Shown here one piece after another: positions 59,038-64,000 of a DNA stretch of 64,000 nt. The DNA is taken from sequence record PZ862964.1. One strand, given 5' to 3'. Source of the stretch: a phage. The notes beneath the pieces are model-generated. The model was given only the letters and a program-made list of their open reading frames with translations, was not told the origin of the DNA and did no database searches. The stretch's first letter is position 1, and every line of letters begins with the position of its first letter. The position numbers and the translations under genes are program-made.

Positions 59038-59592
59038 TTATGGCCTCTCATACACATAGCTTCTTAATTTATTAGCCCAACGACTCCAATTTCCAACTAT
59101 AGTTTTAGTATAATTTTTAACTAGAGCTTTTCTCACTGGAGCAGGAGGATCTGTCGGTTCAGTAGTATCAGAAGATGACCTAGAATTACTGCCAGAACCA
59201 CCGGATTCACTTTGTTCTTGGTAGTCATATATTAATGTTACTTCGTAAGTGAATGTCTTCTGGAGATTTTGAGGAGCTTTCCACAAATACAACTGAGTAT
59301 CAGAATCAGTAGGAAGTTCTTCCCATGAAGCAGCAGTTTTAAATTCATCGCCTAAACGATATTTCAACGCGTCATTTCCGAAACCAAATACAGATTCATA
59401 TGTTCCATATAAGCGATTTTCTTCTACTAAAACCCCAGGAGTTTCTTCGTAACTAGTTATATTTATAGATACTAACGTTTCACCTGTTTCTAATTGAGCG
59501 GTAAAGGTGACGTCGATAGAAGAACCTTCCATGGATTCTCCTAAATCAGCGCTCATTGGAAGTATATTAGCCAATGTCAATCCTCGATCCAT
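59038..59592 (-). CDS. Hypothetical protein between genes 5 and 5.4 (T4 5.1-like position)
   Basis: ORF-track ORF 59038-59595 (TTG); ATG options at 59592 or 59556; Ser/Gly/Thr-rich C-terminal region. Confidence 0.55.
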
Positions 59593-61294
59593 CAATTGTG
59601 TATTGACCAGATGAAATAGAACTCATAGATGCCATTTTTTCTGTCCAATCACCACCAACGTCCCAATCAACTGTCCCAGCAACTTTCCAAGAAAGATTTC
59701 CATTTACTGTGTTAGTTTGATTTCCTTCAACTAAAGTGGTAGCATCTCCTTTAACTGTAATGTCAGCATTACCTTCAACTACAATAGTAACATTACCTTT
59801 AACTAGGATAGTTCCATTACCTTCAACTGTCTTAGTTTCATCGCCACGCACAAATATTGTATTGCTTCCATCTATCTGGTGAAGACGATTATCCATGTTG
59901 TAATAAATTTCTGATCCACCGACGTTAGTCTTTTTATCACCGGCTACCAAAAAATTACCATCAGCGTTGGTTATATCATACAAATTATCAACAGTTTTTC
60001 TTGTTCTTCTTCCTGACGGTGATACTTCTTCATAAGTTCCAGTTGGATGAACTAATCTGTATCGTTCTTGCCCAGGGGTATCATCAAATTCCTGAATATG
60101 TCCGCTTTCAGTTTCCATTGTGTGAACATATGGATATTCACCTTTATATGAAGAAACTGGTTCTTTGAATAAAATTCTCGAGTCATTTGGAATAGGAGGG
60201 TCAGCAGGGTCAGAAGATTTAGCTACAGTAGCAGCCATTGCTGATAGAGACCTAGCTGGGGTTTTCACTTCAACACCATATGATTCCAAATTCCCCGTAA
60301 GAATAATCATAGTAACACGGGATGCACGGCCTTTTGTTTGTTGATACCACAATGAATCACGACCGGCTTTATATGCTTTTTCCCAATCTCCTGCTAACAT
60401 AGCAGTTAACATAGTGTTAAATTTAGCTACACCGCCAACACCCATTTGAAATGCCATATTTTCTAATGCCATTTGACGAGAACGGTTGACAGCTTTCCAG
60501 ACTGGTCCTACTTTAGAATGTGATTTAATGTCACGTTGCATATCAGCCAAATCACGCTCAAATAAAGCTGTCGCCTCTTCCATTGTAATAGAACCTGGGT
60601 TTCCAGTAATTTCACGACCAACTTGTTTTGATAAAACTTTATTAATTTGAGCCATATCACGAACTGGCTGCTTCATGATAAGATGACCAATACCAATTGT
60701 CGGATATCCTTCGGTATCCCAATAAACTTTTAGTCTTAATCCTTCATCACGGCGAAGCATTTCAGCCATTGACATATTTGGATTATCATCAGTTGGAATC
60801 TCTGATAGTGGTCTATCATCGGGATTTATTGCGGTGTCTAAGTTACTATCTTGAATAACGTTAGAAGAGGAATCATATCCTACTTCTCCGCCTTGGTTTA
60901 ATACGTTAGTATCATTTCCTAAACGTCTAGGATACTGTCCAGTTGGGTCAGAAAATCCTTCAAGTCTATTAGGCTTTTCGCGAACTATTCCACCATACGT
61001 GCCAAGGACAATTCCGTTAGTTTTCCATTTGTCCAAAAAATGACCGTAAACTCTAGTTCCTTCTACTGGTCCAGTAACAGAACCTCCAATTCCAGACATT
61101 GCTGCAGAAGTTATAGGTTGAATAACTGACATCCATGGTAATTTATCAGTTGGAATACCCATTACGTCGCCTTGTGCTCTTTGAGGTGGATGCAGACCAA
61201 CCACACGAACACGAACACGACCTAATTTTAATGGGTCCATTCTATCTTCAACAACACCGACAAACCAATTAAGGTTATTACTTATCATTTCCAT
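59567..61294 (-). CDS. 5: Baseplate hub + tail lysozyme, cell-puncturing device gp5
   Basis: 575 aa, matching T4 gp5; central lysozyme-like region and C-terminal beta-helix repeats (VEGNGTILVKGNVTIVVEGNADITVKGDATTLVEGN). Confidence 0.95.
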   Translation of the reverse strand: MEMISNNLNWFVGVVEDRMDPLKLGRVRVRVVGLHPPQRAQGDVMGIPTDKLPWMSVIQPITSAAMSGIGGSVTGPVEGTRVYGHFLDKWKTNGIVLGTYGGIVREKPNRLEGFSDPTGQYPRRLGNDTNVLNQGGEVGYDSSSNVIQDSNLDTAINPDDRPLSEIPTDDNPNMSMAEMLRRDEGLRLKVYWDTEGYPTIGIGHLIMKQPVRDMAQINKVLSKQVGREITGNPGSITMEEATALFERDLADMQRDIKSHSKVGPVWKAVNRSRQMALENMAFQMGVGGVAKFNTMLTAMLAGDWEKAYKAGRDSLWYQQTKGRASRVTMIILTGNLESYGVEVKTPARSLSAMAATVAKSSDPADPPIPNDSRILFKEPVSSYKGEYPYVHTMETESGHIQEFDDTPGQERYRLVHPTGTYEEVSPSGRRTRKTVDNLYDITNADGNFLVAGDKKTNVGGSEIYYNMDNRLHQIDGSNTIFVRGDETKTVEGNGTILVKGNVTIVVEGNADITVKGDATTLVEGNQTNTVNGNLSWKVAGTVDWDVGGDWTEKMASMSSISSGQYTIDGSRIDIG

Positions 61295-61868
61295 AAGATT
61301 TCTCCATTATACGTATAAGGTCGTTCATAAATGAATTGATGTCTGATTTTGCTATTATTTTTATTTGACGAAGTTTTTCATTTTCAAGAACAGCCGCTTC
61401 ATACGTATCGACCGCAGCAAGCGCTCCTTCATATTGAGGATATTTTCTAGCTTTATCGCCTTTATCATACCAAACATATGGATTATCATCGTATGATATT
61501 AAATTATAAAATTTTTCACCGTTCTCATTCACGTGATATACTATTTGGTCTCCACCTACATTTTTGTATTTTTGTATAGATGCTTGATAAGCTGCTTCTT
61601 GTGAAGTAATCCATCCATAATATGGATCATAATTATCATTACACATCAATAAAACCCAATACAGCTGTGGATTTCCATATATAGTATTTGCTAATTCTTC
61701 CGGGCGTGGTGAACCTTTAATATAGTAAGTACGTAAGCGGTATCCCGCAAGAGCGCGTTTAAAATAGTCTTTATAGTTTCTAAAAATATCTGTCATAGGA
61801 ATAGTCGGCGCGTTTTTATTCACCGTTTTGGCCGCATATTCAATCGGATCAAAAAATGTAAAGAGCAT
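61278..61868 (-). CDS. 53: Baseplate wedge gp53
   Basis: 196 aa, matching T4 gp53. Confidence 0.88.
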   Translation of the reverse strand: MLFTFFDPIEYAAKTVNKNAPTIPMTDIFRNYKDYFKRALAGYRLRTYYIKGSPRPEELANTIYGNPQLYWVLLMCNDNYDPYYGWITSQEAAYQASIQKYKNVGGDQIVYHVNENGEKFYNLISYDDNPYVWYDKGDKARKYPQYEGALAAVDTYEAAVLENEKLRQIKIIAKSDINSFMNDLIRIMEKSYGNDK

Positions 61869-61882
61869 GGGCCCTCCTGTTT

Positions 61883-61904
61883 ATAAATATATTATCTATT
61901 TATA
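61883..61904. promoter_or_regulatory. Divergent late promoters between genes 53 and 4
   Basis: tataaata on + (61883-61890) 26 nt upstream of gene 4 ATG; tataaata on - (61904-61897) 29 nt upstream of gene 53 ATG. Confidence 0.6.
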
Positions 61905-61915
61905 AGGAGAATCCA

Positions 61916-62368
61916 ATGGCATATTCTGGAAAATGGGTTCCTAAAAATATATCAAAGTATAGAGGTGACCCTAAAAAAATTACGTATAGATCAAATTGGG
62001 AAAAATTCTTTTTTGAATGGTTAGATAAAAATCCAGAAATTATTGCATGGGGTAGTGAAACAGCAGTAATTCCTTATTTTTGTAATGCAGAAGGGAAAAA
62101 ACGTAGATACTTCATGGATATTTGGATGAAAGATTCTTCTGGACAAGAATTTTTTATTGAAATAAAACCTAAAAAAGAAACACAACCACCGGTTAAACCA
62201 GCACATCTAACAACTGCAGCGAAGAAAAGATTTATGAATGAAATTTATACATATTCTGTTAATACCGACAAATGGAAAGCAGCACAATCTTTAGCTGAAA
62301 AGCGTGGAATAAAATTTAGAATTTTAACAGAAGATGGATTACGAGCTCTTGGCTTTAAGGGGGCATAA
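61916..62368 (+). CDS. 4: Head completion protein gp4
   Basis: 150 aa, matching T4 gp4; RBS aaggag. Confidence 0.85.
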   Translation: MAYSGKWVPKNISKYRGDPKKITYRSNWEKFFFEWLDKNPEIIAWGSETAVIPYFCNAEGKKRRYFMDIWMKDSSGQEFFIEIKPKKETQPPVKPAHLTTAAKKRFMNEIYTYSVNTDKWKAAQSLAEKRGIKFRILTEDGLRALGFKGA

Positions 62369-63192
62369 TGGCTATTTTTCAAATAATTAATGAAAGCACT
62401 CCCCAAGTTCCAAAGGTTAAGCAATCATTAAACGAAAAGAAATGGATTCAGATAGGTCTTGAATATAAAAAGGCCAAAGCAAAAGGAATGACAGGAAAGC
62501 AATTTGCTGAAGAAAGAGGAATCAAATACTCTACGTTTACTTCAGCAATGTCAAAATATGCTTCAGGAATTAAAACAGCTGAAAAGATTCAAAAACTTGA
62601 ATCAAAACCAATGAATAAACTCAATAAGCAAGAAAGACAACTGCTTATGATAAATTCATTCAGACAAACATTGCGTGATAAAATTCGTAATGAAGGTGCA
62701 GCAATTAATAATAAAACCAGAAAGTGGTTTGCTGAAACTATTAAGCAAGTAAAAGGGCATAAAGTTGTTCGCCCGCAGCCGGGACGAATATATGCTTTTG
62801 CTTATGATGCTAAACACAAGGAAACTCTTCCTTATTGGGATAAATTTCCTTTGATAATTTACCTCGGTTTAGGTAAACATAATTTAATGTACGGATTGAA
62901 CTTGCACTATATTCCACCTAAAGCTCGTCAGCAATTTCTAGAAGAGCTTTTAAAGCAATATTCGAATACACCTACTATTACTAATAAAACGAAATTAAAA
63001 ATTGATTGGAGTCAAGTGAAAGGATTTAGGGGTGCAGACCAAATGATTAAGGCATATATACCCGGTAATATTATGGGTAGCCTTGTTGAAATCGCCCCGA
63101 AAGACTGGGCGAACGTTGTGTTAATGCCACTTCAGCAGTTCGTTTCAAAAGGAAAACGTTTCTCTGCAAACAAAGTCTGGTCAAATATTTAA
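62368..63192 (+). CDS. 2: DNA end-protector protein gp2
   Basis: 274 aa, matching T4 gp2. Confidence 0.85.
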   Translation: MAIFQIINESTPQVPKVKQSLNEKKWIQIGLEYKKAKAKGMTGKQFAEERGIKYSTFTSAMSKYASGIKTAEKIQKLESKPMNKLNKQERQLLMINSFRQTLRDKIRNEGAAINNKTRKWFAETIKQVKGHKVVRPQPGRIYAFAYDAKHKETLPYWDKFPLIIYLGLGKHNLMYGLNLHYIPPKARQQFLEELLKQYSNTPTITNKTKLKIDWSQVKGFRGADQMIKAYIPGNIMGSLVEIAPKDWANVVLMPLQQFVSKGKRFSANKVWSNI

Positions 63193-63298
63193 TTCTATTA
63201 TCTTCCATTCTTTTCTATTGTTTGTTCTAATTGGAATTGAATGGAAGGGACTTAGACCCATTATACCACCAACATTTATGAAGCATTATGAGGAATAT

Positions 63299-63829
63299 AT
63301 GTCGCAAGCACTACAACAAATTTTTAACCAAGCAAATACAACTAACTTTGTAGTATCAATACCACATAGTAATACTACATCTGCTTTTACTTTAAATGCT
63401 CAGTCAGTTCCTATTCCGGGAATTAGGATACCTGTTACTGATACCGTGACTGGGCCGTTTGGACTAGGTAGAGCACAGCGTCCAGGAGTTACATTTGAGT
63501 ACGATCCACTCATCGTGAGATTTATAGTTGATGAAGAGCTTAAGTCGTGGATAGGAATGTATGAATGGATGCTAGGAACTAGTAACTATCTTACAGGCGA
63601 AAATACTGCCCAAAAAACAGGTCCTGAATACATTACGCTTTACATTTTAGATAATAGTAAAACTGAAATCGTGATGTCAATAAATTTTTATAAGCCTTGG
63701 GTTTCTGACCTGTCTGAAGTAGAATTTAGCTACACGGAAGATTCAGACCCAGCCTTAGTATGCACAGCAACGATTCCTTATACGTATTTTCAAGTAGAAA
63801 AAGATGGCAAAATTATAGCAGAAGTTTAA
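63299..63829 (+). CDS. 3: Tail completion / sheath stabiliser gp3
   Basis: 176 aa from ATG 63299 (RBS gagga 63288-63292); ORF-track start 63218 is an upstream extension; matches T4 gp3 length. Confidence 0.85.
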   Translation: MSQALQQIFNQANTTNFVVSIPHSNTTSAFTLNAQSVPIPGIRIPVTDTVTGPFGLGRAQRPGVTFEYDPLIVRFIVDEELKSWIGMYEWMLGTSNYLTGENTAQKTGPEYITLYILDNSKTEIVMSINFYKPWVSDLSEVEFSYTEDSDPALVCTATIPYTYFQVEKDGKIIAEV

Positions 63830-63853
63830 TGCTTCAGTTTCATGTGTTATAAT
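63828..63853 (+). promoter_or_regulatory. MotA-dependent middle promoter upstream of gene 1
   Basis: aaTGCTTca (63828-63836), 11-nt spacer, tataat (63848-63853); RBS gaggag then ATG 63879. Confidence 0.55.
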
Positions 63854-63878
63854 CTTAACTAAATTTGAGGAGAAACAT

Positions 63879-64000
63879 ATGAAACTAATCTTTTTAAGTG
63901 GTGTAAAGCGTAGTGGAAAAGATACTACTGCAGATTTTATTATGAATAATTATTCTGCAGTTAAATATCAACTTGCTGGTCCTATTAAGGATGCATTGGC
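63879..64000 (+). CDS. 1: dNMP kinase gp1 (5' part, truncated by window end)
   Basis: MKLIFLSGVKRSGKDTTADFIMNNYSAVKYQLAGPIKDAL... matches T4 gp1 N-terminus as recalled; P-loop GVKRSGKDT. Confidence 0.9.
   Translation, partial: MKLIFLSGVKRSGKDTTADFIMNNYSAVKYQLAGPIKDAL

Overview
The window reads as a contiguous segment of a T4-like (Tevenvirinae, T-even) myovirus genome, colinear with T4 from the end of denA through rnlA, alc, pseT, cd, 31, rIII, DNA ligase (30) and alt, then the late structural block (54-48-29-28-27-51, 26-25, uvsY, uvsW, inh, hoc, rnlB, 24 to 5, 53, 4, 2, 3) to the start of gene 1. Gene identities rest on my recall of T4 protein sequences and lengths plus strict synteny; no database search was run. 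Early genes lie on the + strand behind repeated early-promoter stem-loop cassettes (PeSL-like), and late genes lie mostly on the - strand behind TATAAATA late-promoter motifs with GC-rich tetraloop hairpins. No tRNA, CRISPR array, integrase or intron was found. The points most worth a second look are: (1) a free-standing HNH endonuclease gene between tail sheath gene 18 and tail tube gene 19; (2) a NADAR/YbiA-like ORF in the rIII-to-30 region of small early ORFs, a few kb from two tandem Alt ADP-ribosyltransferase paralogs; (3) a tandem duplication of one Ig-like domain inside hoc; (4) near-identical ~55-bp promoter cassettes 15.6 kb apart. No clearly new multi-gene system stands out beyond these.
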